A DNA stretch of 64,000 bases from Rhynchopus sp. YZ270_cl-10. Its lineage: Eukaryota. Below are positions 36,196-48,376 of this stretch, in pieces; positions within the stretch are counted from its first letter, which is position 1, and every line of letters begins with the position of its first letter. The notes under the pieces were generated by a model that was not told the DNA's origin, ran no database searches, and was given only the letters and a program-made list of their open reading frames with translations. The DNA lies in the NCBI GenBank assembly GCA_964035575.1, contig OZ037833.1, forward strand, positions 1,798,001 to 1,862,000, given 5' to 3'. Made by a program: the position numbers and the translations under genes.

Positions 36196-39100
36196 CTCTT
36201 GCCTACGACTGATGATCTTGAACCCAGGGGGGAATGGAGAACGTTCGTCTGTTACCACATAGTACATTCCTTTACCGCGAACATAGCCGTCTGCGAGGGT
36301 GACACATGCCCAGCCGCCTGCTACTGAGCGGATGGTGGAGCGGAACCGGGGGAGCTGCGCCACGACTTGCGCCTTGCTAGCTAACATCCAGGGCGGTATG
36401 ATTTCGTCCGACGACTCAATGATACGAAGCCGCACCTTTGCATCCTCCTCCGTGACCAGCACGACGGTGTCCTCCACTTTGTCCTCCCCACCTCGCTCCG
36501 CCTCTTTGATCGCTGACGCAATGCTTTTGTTCTTCCACTGTTCATGCACATCCCCTGAAGGGGCGCTGTCCTTTCTTCCAAAGCTCCAACGCCGTTTGCG
36601 CGGCTCCGGGTCCGGCGTTGCTACGCTCAACCCTGCGGAGGAGGTGTGTGGCTGTGGGGTGTGCTTTGTGGGGGATACCTCCGCCCGCGTCAGGAACTCT
36701 GGACGCAACGCAACCGCACCGACGCTGAACTCAATCTGCACCAAAGGCCCCTCTGCAGTGTCCTGGTAGCCGATAACAGTTCCGGTGGCTCCGTTCACAG
36801 CAGAATGCTTCTTGAGACGCGAAGCGACCACCCGCTCACCAATCCCAAAAGGACGTTCCTCCGAGCTCTCATCCGCTGAGGACTCACCACCTAGGCCAGA
36901 CCCGGACAACTCTTCCTCTGTATCCCACGTCAGCATGAACGGTTCTGCCGGATCCACATTGGTATAGTCATTCACACCACGAGGGCTCACCTCAGGGGTG
37001 TCCATGGTATGCGGTGCGTCTGGTTGAGAGGCGCTTGTAGCAGTGGTAGGTGAAGCGTTTCCTGCCCGCCCCTTCGCAAGCTCGGCCTGGATGAAGGCCA
37101 TCAAACGCGCTGCTGCCTCCGGGTCTTCCTCTTCGTCCTCTTCGTCTGTGCTGTGTGGTGCCACCTCCTCCTCCTCTTCCTCAGGGTCCCAGACCATAGC
37201 TTCTGTGGGGTCCACAGCATTGTCCCGCTGGATCGTGGGTGTTTTGTCAGGTGGAGACTCGGTGGGTGTGTCGTCCTCTTCTTCCTCTTCCTCGTCCCAG
37301 ACAAGGTTCGTCTCTGGTTTGGGCTCGGTGTGTTCTGTGTGTTCTGTGTGTTCGGTGTGTTCTGTGTGCGGTGGGTCGTCGTCCTCTTCCTCTTCTTCGT
37401 CCCATTGCATCTCGGCGGAGTTCCACTGCGGTGCCTCGTCTTCCCCTTCGTCTTTGGTGTTTGCTTCCCCTGCGGGTGCAGGGTCGCTGTGCAATGAGGT
37501 GGTGCGCACCACAACTGCAGAGAGCGGCCGTGCTGCGGTGCCGTCCTCCGTGCCACCACCCACCCACATCGGTGCCTCTGTTTCCACAGAGGTGTCGCTG
37601 CACCGCACAGTGGTCGCAGTCTCGGTCCCAACGTCATCATCCGTCAGAGAGATCTCACTACACACCTTTTCCCCAAGGCGTGCATCTGCCAAAGAACCCA
37701 TAGAGACGACAACAAGCTTCTCACTGTCTGAGGCCTGTTCGTGTATGGAATCAGCGACGTCCACCTCTGCACCGTTGGCCAATGGAACCTCCTCCGCAGA
37801 GGCAGTGTTGTTGTGTGTGGAATCTGTTGTGTTCGCTTCGGTGTTGTCTGTGACCTGCGGGATTTCATCATGCTCTGTGGCGACTTCGGATGTTGTGTCC
37901 TCGGTGTGTTTGGATCGTGGGGAATATGAGACGTCGCATGAGGCAGCGTGTGCAAGACTGATCTCCCGTGATTCTGAGATCGCAAGCTCCGCGTTTGCGC
38001 CTGCCAGCGTTGCTTCGGCAGGGAGCTTGCTGCTGCTTGTGTCGCCTTCGCCTTGGTAGTCCATTTGTGCGTCTGATGTAGGCAGCGTTGCTGGCACTGC
38101 TATCGGCTGGCGTGCCCGCGGCACAAACCTGCCCCTCAACGGCGTCACCGGAAGAGTGTCCAAAGCAGTGCGCTTGCTCCGCACCTCCTCCCCCCAGGCC
38201 CGCGCCCTCGCCTCTGAGACCGCGTGCTCCACAACCTGATAACCTGCTATATTCTCTGTACCCCCACCAATGTGTCCCGAGCCTGCAGTGGTGTATGTGG
38301 GGACAAGGCGTGGGTGCGGTGCAAACGAGGGAGGTGTTGTCTTGCTGCACTCCTGGGAGAGGGAGAGGTACGTCCAGCACCCGTCGGAAGCGGGTGGCCG
38401 GCGTGGAGGGGGGCTAGGGGGTGCTGGCGGGGGGCGCAGGGGCGTGCTTTGGAGGTAGTCTAGCGAGGGACCCCTGCAGTCGGGGCTGCTTTCTTGGATA
38501 TCATCCTCAGCGACACCTTCACTGTCGTCGTTTCCAGCGTTTGGTTCAGCGTTTGGTTCAGTGTCTGGCTCGCTTATTGGAACATCAGGTTTGGAGATGT
38601 CAGCACGCGGCGCAGATGGGCTCCGCATCCGCAGCGCCATTGAATCAACTAAGGCCTCGCGTCTCTGAAAGGAGTCGTCCCGCACCCCCGCCGTGCTGTC
38701 GTGCTTCGAGCACGCACGCATCATTGCACGCTCCACTGCCTCCCACGTCTTCGTCACCTCCTTCGCGCGTTTGCTTGCTCGCGCCTCCTGGCGCGCCTCT
38801 CGACGTTCCTCCCTGCTCAGAGCTGCATCCACTTCGGCTTCTGGTCTGGCCTCAGTCACCTCAATCACTTCAACCGCCTCCACCTCAGGCGACGTTGTGT
38901 CCGAATGCACACCTCCGACACCCTCCTCCGAGACGCATGTTTCGGATGCGTCTGGGGTGTGCAGCACCTCGGGAAGAGTCGCTTCTGCAGAAGGTGGCGA
39001 TGGTGTCCTTGGTTGGGTTGGTGGGGTTGGTGGGGTCGTCCATGGGTCAGGAGAAATCGCTTCGCTCGGCTCTTCTCTCGCTTCTTCTCGTATCTCCACC

Positions 39101-40866
39101 TCTTTGGCTTCTACCGCCGCGGCTGCCTGCGTTGCTGGTATGTCGAAGAGCCACATTGCCACCTCCGCTCCAACCAAACTGCTTGCCAGCCCTTCCACCC
39201 GAAAGCGGTCTGTCATAGCATCATCGCGCACACCGGGCACCAGCTCAATACTCTCCTTGCACGCAGCACGCACCCGATCTGCACCGTTCAAAAGCTTTTC
39301 ATAATACGGCGCCTCTGGGGTAGGCGGGCGTTGGTAGCCACTGCTGGTATCATCGTCTACAGTAGCGCTGTCCTCCACACTGTGCAAACTCTCCTCATTC
39401 TCAATACTGTCCGATGGTGAGGGTGAAGGCGGCGAGGGTGGAAGGACGACGTGGACCGTGGATTGCTCTGTCTCTCTCTCTGGTAGCTCGGGGGTAGTGG
39501 CTGTGGGTGTTGCAACCCTCCTCCTCTTCAACTCCACCTGCGGCAGTCCCAACCTCTCCCTCAGCTGCTCTGTCCACACGCCACTCTGTTTCCCTTTCGC
39601 AAGCACCTCCTTCCACTCACGCCGTTCACCATACGATGCGAGCTGCGACTGCAGCCGGTCTGTCCAAGGCAGGGTTGGGTCCATAGACGGTCTGCTCTTT
39701 CTAGGTCGTTCCAAGGCACCCATCTCTGCTTCTGCCCGCGCCAATACTGCCTGGGCTGCGGAGATGTGTGTTTCTGTTGTTTGGCGTGGTTTTTCGCTTT
39801 CATGGTTCTTCGGAATAGGGTTTCCGTCCTCATCCTCCTCCTCTTCGGTGCCTTCTGACCAATCGTTTGTGTCGGTGTGTGTTGCAAACACTGCAGGTAT
39901 TGCAGGCGGTGTAGGTCCTTTCATTGCCGCTGCGAGAGATGCTTTGATCTGCATTGCTAACGCCACCTCATCAATGGTGCCAGAGTCGCTGCTCAACGGA
40001 GACAACGGACGCAGCACAGACTCCGCAGACAGAGGCTGCAAATCGTCCTCCTCCTCCTCCTCGTCCACCTCCCATTCGTCTTTCTTTTCGTCTTTCGCAG
40101 CAGCGTCATCATCGTCATCTTCCTCTTCTTCTTCGTCTACCTCCCATTCGGTGGTTGTGGCAGGAGTAGTTGTGGTGGTTGCCTGAGCCCTAGCTGCTTC
40201 CAACGAAGCTCGGATTTGTGCTGCAAGTGCAATCTCATCAATCTCTTCTCCGTCTGAAGAACTCATTGGGGTAAGCGCGTGAATTTTGTTGGTGTCAACA
40301 GCATCATCGTCATCTTCCTCTTCTTCTTCGTCTACCTCCCATTCGGTGGTTGTGGCAGGAGTGGTTGTAGTGGTTGCCTGAGCTCTAGCTGCCTCCAACG
40401 AAGCTCGAATTTGCGCTGCAAGTGCAATCTCATCAATTTCTTCTCCATCTGAAGAACTCATTGGGGTAAGCGCGCGAATTTTGTTAGCACCAACATCATC
40501 TTCCTCCTCTTCCTCTTCCTCATCCACCTCCCATTCGTCTTTGGGTGTGGTGGTTGGTGCATCATCCTCCTCTTCCTCTTCATCCACATCCCATTCTGGT
40601 TCTGTTCTGGCTGGAGGAGGCGCTAATGGGGGGAGTGATGACTGTCTTGCGTATGCTTGGATTTGCGCGGCAAGAGCAGCCTCGTCAATATCATCCTCCT
40701 CCTCGGAGCTCATAGGAGTGAGGGGGCGGAGAAATGCCCCAGGGGTGGTTGTGGTGGTGGTGGTGGTGGGGTTCTTGTTGCTGTCGTCCTCATCCTCCTC
40801 CTCCTCCTCATCCTCGTCCCAGACCATCTCGCCACTATCCCCCATTGTGGATTTATCTTCATACAA
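36196..40866 (-). CDS. Very acidic low-complexity region with W-acidic and UIM-like repeats, probably exon 1 of the FYVE/phosphatase gene
   Basis: 1557 open codons up to a GTATGG donor at 36195. Repeats EWEVDEEEE and DEIALAAQIRASL. If unspliced, the ORF stops at 36115. Confidence 0.8.
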
Positions 40867-41518
40867 CCATACGTATTTTTTTGTGTACTGTAAAATTTGG
40901 ATTTTTTTGAAAAGTGTGAAAAGAAATAAGAGAAAGTGCGTCGGGGTGGAAAAGCATTGTGTTTTTTTTTTTTGAAATGAGGCTCATCTAATTCTTTTTT
41001 TTTTTTTTGGGAGAAAAAGAAGAAATATCGTTTCATTTTTCAAATGAGAAAGTACGGAAGTTCAATACAGATGCATCCAAAAGAGAAAAAATGAGTGCCT
41101 TCTTTTTTGAACTCATTGTATGAATACCGGAACACTACCAGTGTTCCTTGCAATACATAAATTCTTTCTTTTCTAAAATATCGCCCTTTTAGGACTTCTT
41201 TTTCCGTAAGAAAAAAGTGCTTAAAAGGGGAGTACATGTTTTGCATTTTTGCATTTCTTGGCAAATCGCTACGCTTCGTATGAACGGAAGGAATACTGTG
41301 ACCGAAAAAGAGTCATTTTTTTCATATATTTTTTGATAAATTGTTGGAGTAGTGTAGTTGCCTCGGTTGTGTTGCCACAGTTGTGCAATCCACTGATTTT
41401 TTTATACAAAATCAACAATAAGGTAGGATACAGACTCCTGTGTCACCCACCCTTTTTTTTTCTTCAAGATTTGTACAAAAATAAAAGCGAGATTTTGTAC
41501 AATCATCCCAAGAAAAAA

Positions 41519-41629
41519 GTTGACTTGAAATACGCCCTCTCATGAACAGTGTACCTTTGGTATGACCGGCTCTACCGGGGGGTGGACCCCCCAACCATGC
41601 AGTCCTACAATCCATTTTCGTGGTTTACA
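41519..41629. repeat. Family D structured element, copy 3
   Basis: Matches copies 1 and 2. Lies ~11 nt past the stop at 41641. Confidence 0.85.
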
Positions 41630-41640
41630 AAAAAGCATCT

Positions 41641-42186
41641 TCACATAATACAGCTGAACGTATCACTGCGTTTTATCCTTCCTGCCCTGGGAGGGCATGG
41701 GGGTAGTCTTGGAGCTTTGGCAGGTTTCTTTGTGGTGAGCGGCATTGTTACGCCGCCCCAGGAAAAGAGCATTTCCCGGCGGGTCACGGAGACCAATCTC
41801 TTAGAGGCTGTGGGCGGGCAGGCATGGCGAGGGGGTGCTACCACTACTGCCGTTTCTTCTGCGTCCTCTGTCACTATGTTTCCCCGTCGTGGTGACGTCA
41901 AGGGACTCCCTCCAACGAACGAAGGCAGTCCACTCGCCTTCGGAGAACACAGCACCCCATCCCCAACCAAAGAATCCAAACCATTCCGCGCCAGCCCCCT
42001 CCTCACCCTCCCCTTCGCACGCCCCGTTTTATTACGAAGGTTAATACAATGAGAGGGCGAACCACTATGAAAGACGTCATCAAGAAACCGCTCATAATTA
42101 TCCCGTTGTGTGTAATGCATGCTTTGTGGCAACAACCCGCAAGAAACGGTCACCTGCCGAAGCAGGTCTGACGACATCATTTTCAT
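41641..42186 (-). CDS. Hypothetical basic Pro-rich protein (~181 aa)
   Basis: GC-rich ORF on the cluster strand, no domain recognised. Confidence 0.5.
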   Translation of the reverse strand: MKMMSSDLLRQVTVSCGLLPQSMHYTQRDNYERFLDDVFHSGSPSHCINLRNKTGRAKGRVRRGLARNGLDSLVGDGVLCSPKASGLPSFVGGSPLTSPRRGNIVTEDAEETAVVVAPPRHACPPTASKRLVSVTRREMLFSWGGVTMPLTTKKPAKAPRLPPCPPRAGRIKRSDTFSCIM

Positions 42187-42467
42187 TGTAAAAAAAAAAT
42201 CCAAAAGTGTTTTCACATTTGGATTTTAAAAAAAAAATGTTGCTGTAAAGTGTTAGATTTGAGGGAGAAAAAAAGGGAGAACGGAAAGGAAATAAGGCCT
42301 TTTTTTTTTTGTAAGACCAGCCACACAACAATGTGAACTGTAGAACCTCAAAAAAAATTTTCCAAAAAAAAAGTCTATTTTTAGGTTGAAACCTTTTCAC
42401 CTCTATTTTGGAGAGACAATCCTTCCCACCCACCCCCCCAACCCCCGACCCCCTTCTACCAGGTGTA

Positions 42468-42812
42468 CTATTTTGGCTTTGTGGCCGGTTCTTTGAGAGC
42501 CATTAGCTGGGCACGGCTCAGTCCTGACCATGTGTGGTAGGGTCGGACAGTGGGGTACATTCTGAAGAAGGCGTCTTGTAATATTATTTCCATCATTTTT
42601 TTCATGCGGTCGCCATCTTTATAGAGTCGTTCAAGCACACGCGGGTCACGTTCATCTTGGTTGTCTCTAAACGCAGTCCGCAACTCCACACGAAGCTCGT
42701 CAGACATCGGGATCCGATTGCTTTCCCATGCCACAGCACTTTCCGGAAACTTCGTCGCCAATCTCATCAAAGACCTGTATAGTCTCAGCGATTTTCTCGA
42801 AGATGATGCCAT
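42468..42812 (-). CDS. LYR-motif (Complex1_LYR-like) protein
   Basis: SLRLYRSLMRLATKFP...LRTAFRDNQDERDP matches the LYRM pattern. 114 aa. Confidence 0.85.
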   Translation of the reverse strand: MASSSRKSLRLYRSLMRLATKFPESAVAWESNRIPMSDELRVELRTAFRDNQDERDPRVLERLYKDGDRMKKMMEIILQDAFFRMYPTVRPYHTWSGLSRAQLMALKEPATKPK

Positions 42813-42931
42813 TTTTTTTTTTTGTGTCGTTCCCCTGAATGAAGATGAAGTTGAGTGTTATTCTCAAAATGGATTAAAATAATGTCACCTTTTTTTTCTA
42901 CATTTTTTTTTCCTATCTAAATATCGTACAA

Positions 42932-44250
42932 CTACACTGCTTGGATCGTGCCGTACACCTCAAAACCTGATGCACATAGTCTATGGGTTCCTGCTGTATT
43001 TGCCCCGGTCTGCACGATGCGGAAAAATCTAAAGAAGCTGTAAAAAATGATACATTTTTTTTATGTGCAGTAATTTATGCAAAAAAAAAACACCCCATCC
43101 CTGAGAAGAATACATACGACCCAGAAGGCTCCTGTATCTTGAATGAGACTACGACGTTGTGGGGGCGGTCGGGTGGGCCAAATGCGTCGTCATCGATGTG
43201 TTCGCTCAGTAGGACGTACGTGATGCCGTCTGCGGACGCTTCTAACGACCAGCTTCGTGGCTTCTCCGAGAAGCATGTGGTGGGGTGGCTGCGTGCACTC
43301 TGCGAAACACCAAAGGCGAGTGTGTAGTGCGTCGGGCAGCACACCACCCCGCACAGCTCCACTGTGAAGTGCGAGTGTTCCTCATTGTGCGTCGCAAAGA
43401 CCTGCGGTGTGCACGTCACCAACTCCGCGGTCGACCCCTCCTGCACGGAGCTTGCAGTAGCCAGCACCCTGCCGTCACCACGCAGCAGCTCTACTACGCC
43501 TCGGTACTCTTGGTGCGGGGTGTACTCTAACACCTGCGGTGCGTTGTACATCTGAGCAGGGAAGTGTGTAGGCACGACAGGGATGTCTGCAGGAATGGGT
43601 GCCGGAAGCGGAGGCGGGAGCGGCAAGGGTTGCAGCATGGGTGCAGGCAGCACCACCTCATCCACCTCTGGCCGCGCAAGCGACGCAAAGGTACGTTCAT
43701 TCCGCGCCTCCAACCACCCCGTCACAATGTCCTCCACCGCACGCCCACCATGCAACGCACACATACTATCCAAAAACGACGTCAGCGAGTGGTTCAGCAC
43801 CGCCACCTTCCCTTTATCCTCACCCCTGCGTTGCAGCTCAGGTTGGAGGGGCGGCGGGGAAAGAGGAAAGACAGGGTCGCTTGCCTGGGGCCAGCATGGG
43901 GGCGATGTGGCTGCAGGGGCGACCATCACTTTGCTGAGCTGCTGTGAGGAGTGCAGAAGGCCGTCACGGAAGGCGGTTTGGCTGTTAGGGCTGAGACAAT
44001 ATGGGTGGGCATGCAGGGCAGGTGGGGGATGCGCCATGTGAATACCATCTCCAAAGCGTGCGTCCACCCGCGACACAACCCCTTCTGCACTTACAGCAAA
44101 GTCCAAAGGCCGTCCCTTCAAGAACACCCCGACATCCCCCCACTCCCTCTCGTACCCACGTGCCAACCAATACACCTGCACATCACAAAGCTGTGCAGAC
44201 CCAAGCGAAAGCAGCCTCTGCAAAGACCCCACCACCTCTAGGTCTCCCAT
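42932..44250 (-). CDS. 412-aa protein with C-terminal galactose-binding-like (F5/8-type) jelly-roll domain, 2 exons
   Basis: PTHYTL...PRSWSLEASADG...LLSEH. An 80-nt intron at 43038-43117 adds FRFFRIVQTGANTAGTHRLCASGFEVYG, which completes the domain. Confidence 0.8.
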
Positions 44251-44850
44251 TTGCCTGGATGAAAAGGGTGTGTTACAGAAATAATGTTATGAAGGGATAG
44301 GGGGAAAAAAGCACCTTTTTTTTTTTGAATTGTCGCAGTGGTTATGCCATTGTGCAATCACCATTGAAACTGTTTCAACGGGGGTGAGGAATGAGGAAGG
44401 GAAAAAAAATGAAATAAAAGGGGTGTAATGTATGGCACCATACATAAAAGGTGTTCCTATGCGGAGAAAACACAGAAAAGAGACGAAATTTTTGGGGGGA
44501 AAGGGGCAACACAAGAACAACAAAAATGGGGCGGGGCGGGCGGTGGGGGAATTGAAAGGTCCCAGATAGAAGAGCACAACATCTTTCAAAAGAAAACCTC
44601 CCTTTTGAAATGTGTAGAAAACCCTTCGGACCATGCGATCGTTTGTGGACATCTCATGAGATGGCCCACTGTCTCTGTAGATTACTGCTTGCGTTTTATA
44701 TTTTTTTGTCGAAAAGGGCATGACAACGTATTTTTTTCTGGTTCTCGTTATCCGATATTAAAATCGTGCGCACGCAAACGAGAACCAAGATACGTTGTGT
44801 GAACCTTTTTTTTTTCGTTCTGAAGTTTTTTGGAATGAATTGGTTTCATA

Positions 44851-44933
44851 TACCGTATTCGTACAAAGTATCGACCGTAAAAAAAAAAGGTCGAACTTCC
44901 AGAAAAATCTTGAAATTTTGTACGAATACGGTA
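44851..44933. mobile_element. 83-bp Tc1/mariner-type micro-MITE
   Basis: Perfect 17-bp inverted ends TACCGTATTCGTACAAA/TTTGTACGAATACGGTA, including a TA target duplication. Confidence 0.8.
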
Positions 44934-45352
44934 CTTTCAAATCAAAGAAGAGAAAGTACAACGTTCTATACCGACACATCCAATATTTTTAGGGGGAAAA
45001 CAACAACAATAACAACAAACTGTTGTAGGCAACTTCTGTCGCTTCTATTTGTCCTATTTTGTCAATAATTTGATGTGCAAAAAATAACGGGGAATTAATA
45101 AAAAAATCATGCGTCTGCCTTCCGAGATAACCACCTACCAGCTAGACGTTCCTTCTTCCCCCTCCACATCAGTGCCGAGGATCCTTTCTTTCTATAGGAT
45201 CTCGACTTATAGGGACTGTGGTTGGGGTAGTGTATTGTACGTTGGTGTGGGGGAAAAGAAAATCTTATACGATGAACCTAAGCCTCGTGTTTAGTCACCT
45301 TGATCACATTCGGTATCGCACAGCAAAAAAAAAATAATAATCACCCCCCCCC

Positions 45353-47260
45353 CAGGGCTGTTCCTAAGTGAGAATGAGAATAAGGGATTCTGATTTTGAG
45401 TTTTTTTTCCTTTTTTTTTTTCCTTTTTTCCTTCGTTGGGTTTTAGCCTGCTTCTACTAGGTTAGGAGCCAAAAATTTGTACACCACTGGTCGGGGTGGT
45501 ATGCAAACAAGCCAAAGATCAGGTTTTCGGGTGGGGGGAAAAAAAAAAATCCCCCCCCCAAAAAAAAAAAATCCGCCTGCGGCGCAGGCTTTTCCCCATA
45601 TATGCCTCCCAAAATGCGGATTTTAGATTTTGGAAATGCCGCACCGAAGGAATTTTCGTGGTTGCCGCACTTTTTTTTCGCCTAAGCTTCTGTCTGGGAA
45701 AAAATGACCAGGAAAAAAATGTTGGGGTCCCATGCTCCAAATGTGTGAAATAAGCAAAAAAAAAAGTATTCTGTGCACTGTAGTTGTAGCTATTCTGTGT
45801 TTGACAGTAAAAGTATGCAATTTTGAGCAACATTTTTTTTGAAATGTTGCGTACCGTGGCTTCGCCAGGAACCTTTGGGTGCCATGACCGCCGTTTCTTT
45901 TGTAAATGTACTGAGGTTACTGATAATTCGTGCACCACGCGTGCTTGGTGCAATTCTTTCGCAGACCGGACTAAACCAGAGAAGGGTACTTTAGAGTGTT
46001 TTTGCACACACATGTGACCCCACCGTGGAGAGCAATCGGCTCGCGCAATCAAAAGAAAGCAGAGAAAAAGGAAAAGACAAAAAGACAAAAGTTGGGTACC
46101 GTGCGCCTGCGGCGCTACCTGTTCCCAGTCAAAACACCATAATTTCATCTGAATTTGGGTTTTCAGACCTGAAAATGACCCTTGTTTACGAGTATGGGTT
46201 CATATTTGTGAAAATTTAAGTCACTAAAATTTTGTCCATTTTTCCGAATATGCCCCACCACAGAACGGGATTGGCTCAAATCCGGCAAAAATGCAGGAAA
46301 AACCTGCCTCTGCGGGTTTAAAAAAAAAAGGAAAAAAACGAGAATAAAACCAGCGATTTTTGGGGGAAAAACCGAGAATAAGGAACAGCCCTGGTCCCAT
46401 GCTTCAAATGTGCGAAACAAGCAAAAAAAAGTATTCTGTGCACTGTAGTTGTAGCTATTCTGTGTAAGACAGTAAAAGTATGCAATTTTAAGCAACATTT
46501 TTTTGAAATGTTGCGTACCGTGGCTTCGCCAGGAACCGTTCGGGTGCCATGACCGCCGTTTCTTTTGTAAATGTACTGAGGTTACTGATAAATCGTGCAC
46601 CACGCGTGCTTGGTGCAAATGTCAATGAAGTGCCGAACTCCGCAGTTGGATAACCGAGGAATTCTCATATTCCGCCGGAGGCCCTCAACTTGAGCTGGGT
46701 TGGGGACCAGTTTGACCATGTATAATAAGAAGCTGCCTCCGGCAGGCTTTGCGCTAAGGTCGGTTCTTTTGTCCCGGGGTTTTTGGATATTTTTGTGGTG
46801 TTTTTCTTTCGCAGACCGGACTAAACCAGAGAACCTCATAGTTCATAGTGCGGGTACTTTAGAGTGTTTTTGCACACAAATGTGACCCCACCGTGGAGAG
46901 CAATCGGCTCGCGCAATCAAAAGAAAGCAGAGAAAAAGGAAAAAGGAAAAGGAAAAAAGTTGGGTACCATGCGCCTGCGGCGCTACCTTCCCAGTCAAAA
47001 ACACCACAATTTCATCTGAAGTTGGGTTTTCAGACTGAAAATGACCCTTGTTTACGAGTATGGGTTCATATTTTGTGAAAATTTAAGTCACTAAAATTTT
47101 GTCCATTTTTCCGTATATCCCCCACCACTGAACGGGATTGGCTCAAATCTGGCAAAAATGCAGGAAAAACCTGCCTCTGCGGGTTTAAAAAAAAAAGGAA
47201 AAAAACGAGAATAAAACCAGCGATTTTTGGGGGAAAAAGCGAGAATAAGGAACAGCCCTG
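45353..47260. mobile_element. Non-autonomous hAT-like element with internal tandem duplication
   Basis: 13-bp TIR CAGGGCTGTTCCT/AGGAACAGCCCTG with C8 on both flanks. About 670 bp (45727-46393) is repeated at 46394-47260. Confidence 0.8.
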
Positions 47261-48075
47261 CCCCCCCCCCTCTCACCCCTGCAAACTGCTGTTTTACGAG
47301 TATTCGAGAGGGAAAATCATCAAAAGTATTTACCCATCTTCGAGGTTTCAGTAATGTCATGAGTTAAATATTAAATACGCCGCTAATAGCAAAAAAAAAT
47401 GCTAAAATTCGAGCAGAGTTCCAAAGCCCAACGTATTTAACCCCACATTTTCTATTCACATTGATTAGAATTCGTAGAAATTGGTGGAATGTAATCATTT
47501 GCGAAGACACAGGTTCAATAATGGGGGGAAATGAGGAAAAGGTTCGGTAAAGATGATCGTACACCACCTTCCTTAAAACAGAGGCGAGAGAAACGGCAAA
47601 CCCCAAGTATGGAGTACGCAAGGCGGCAAAATAAATTTTCGCTGTAACCTACCGAGGGCAGGCGTGACGCTGACTACACGGTAGGTTTCGGGTAGCCGCG
47701 CCACTGGTACTGCCTCTTGCATTTTTTTTTTAATGCTGTTGCCAAGAGGTGGGGGGAGGGGTATGTGGGTCAACAAAGGGTTTCCTTGTGAAAACCTCTC
47801 ACAAGGCATGCCCCCCCCCCCCCCCCCCGCGCTACCGAGGCATGCTCTGTACATAGTTAGGAACGGTAGGGTAATAAAAAGGGGAAGGTTCTGTGTTGCA
47901 CAATCCTAGTGTGAGTGACGACCGTACCGATAGAACTAATTTGTCCTTTAGCGTGTAGGGGGGGAAAAAAATGAGCAAACCCCTCAACGATTTGGGGAAA
48001 ATACAAACGAAATAATAATACAGGCGGGCAAAAAAGGAAGAAAACAAACAAAAAAAAACACACCCACCTTGAGAG

Positions 48076-48376
48076 CATGCATGCGGCTAACTTGGATTGG
48101 AGATCAGAAAAATATCGTATTTTTTCTGCATTTTATTTTCCCCAACGGGGCTCTATGGAACAGATGAAGAGAGTGGTGAGCTGAAGGAAATTCAATCACA
48201 CATTTGCGACCCCACCGTGGTGAGAAATTGGCTTGCTGAGAAGAACGGATTCCGGAAATGCAAATATCGGTGTTTTTTTCGGGCCCGCTTTTTCCTGCAG
48301 AACTCTCGTGGGGGGGAAAAATACGGGATTTCGAAGAAAAAAAACGCAAAAAATCTCATATTTAGCCGCATGCATG
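48076..48376. mobile_element. 301-bp hAT-like MITE
   Basis: Perfect 15-bp TIR CATGCATGCGGCTAA and exact 8-bp TSD CTTGAGAG (48068-48075, 48377-48384). Confidence 0.9.

Noticed and set aside
45519..47360. ORFs within the hAT-like element as a transposase
   Set aside because: Short, Phe/Lys-rich from homopolymer runs, and lacking DDE or BED motifs.
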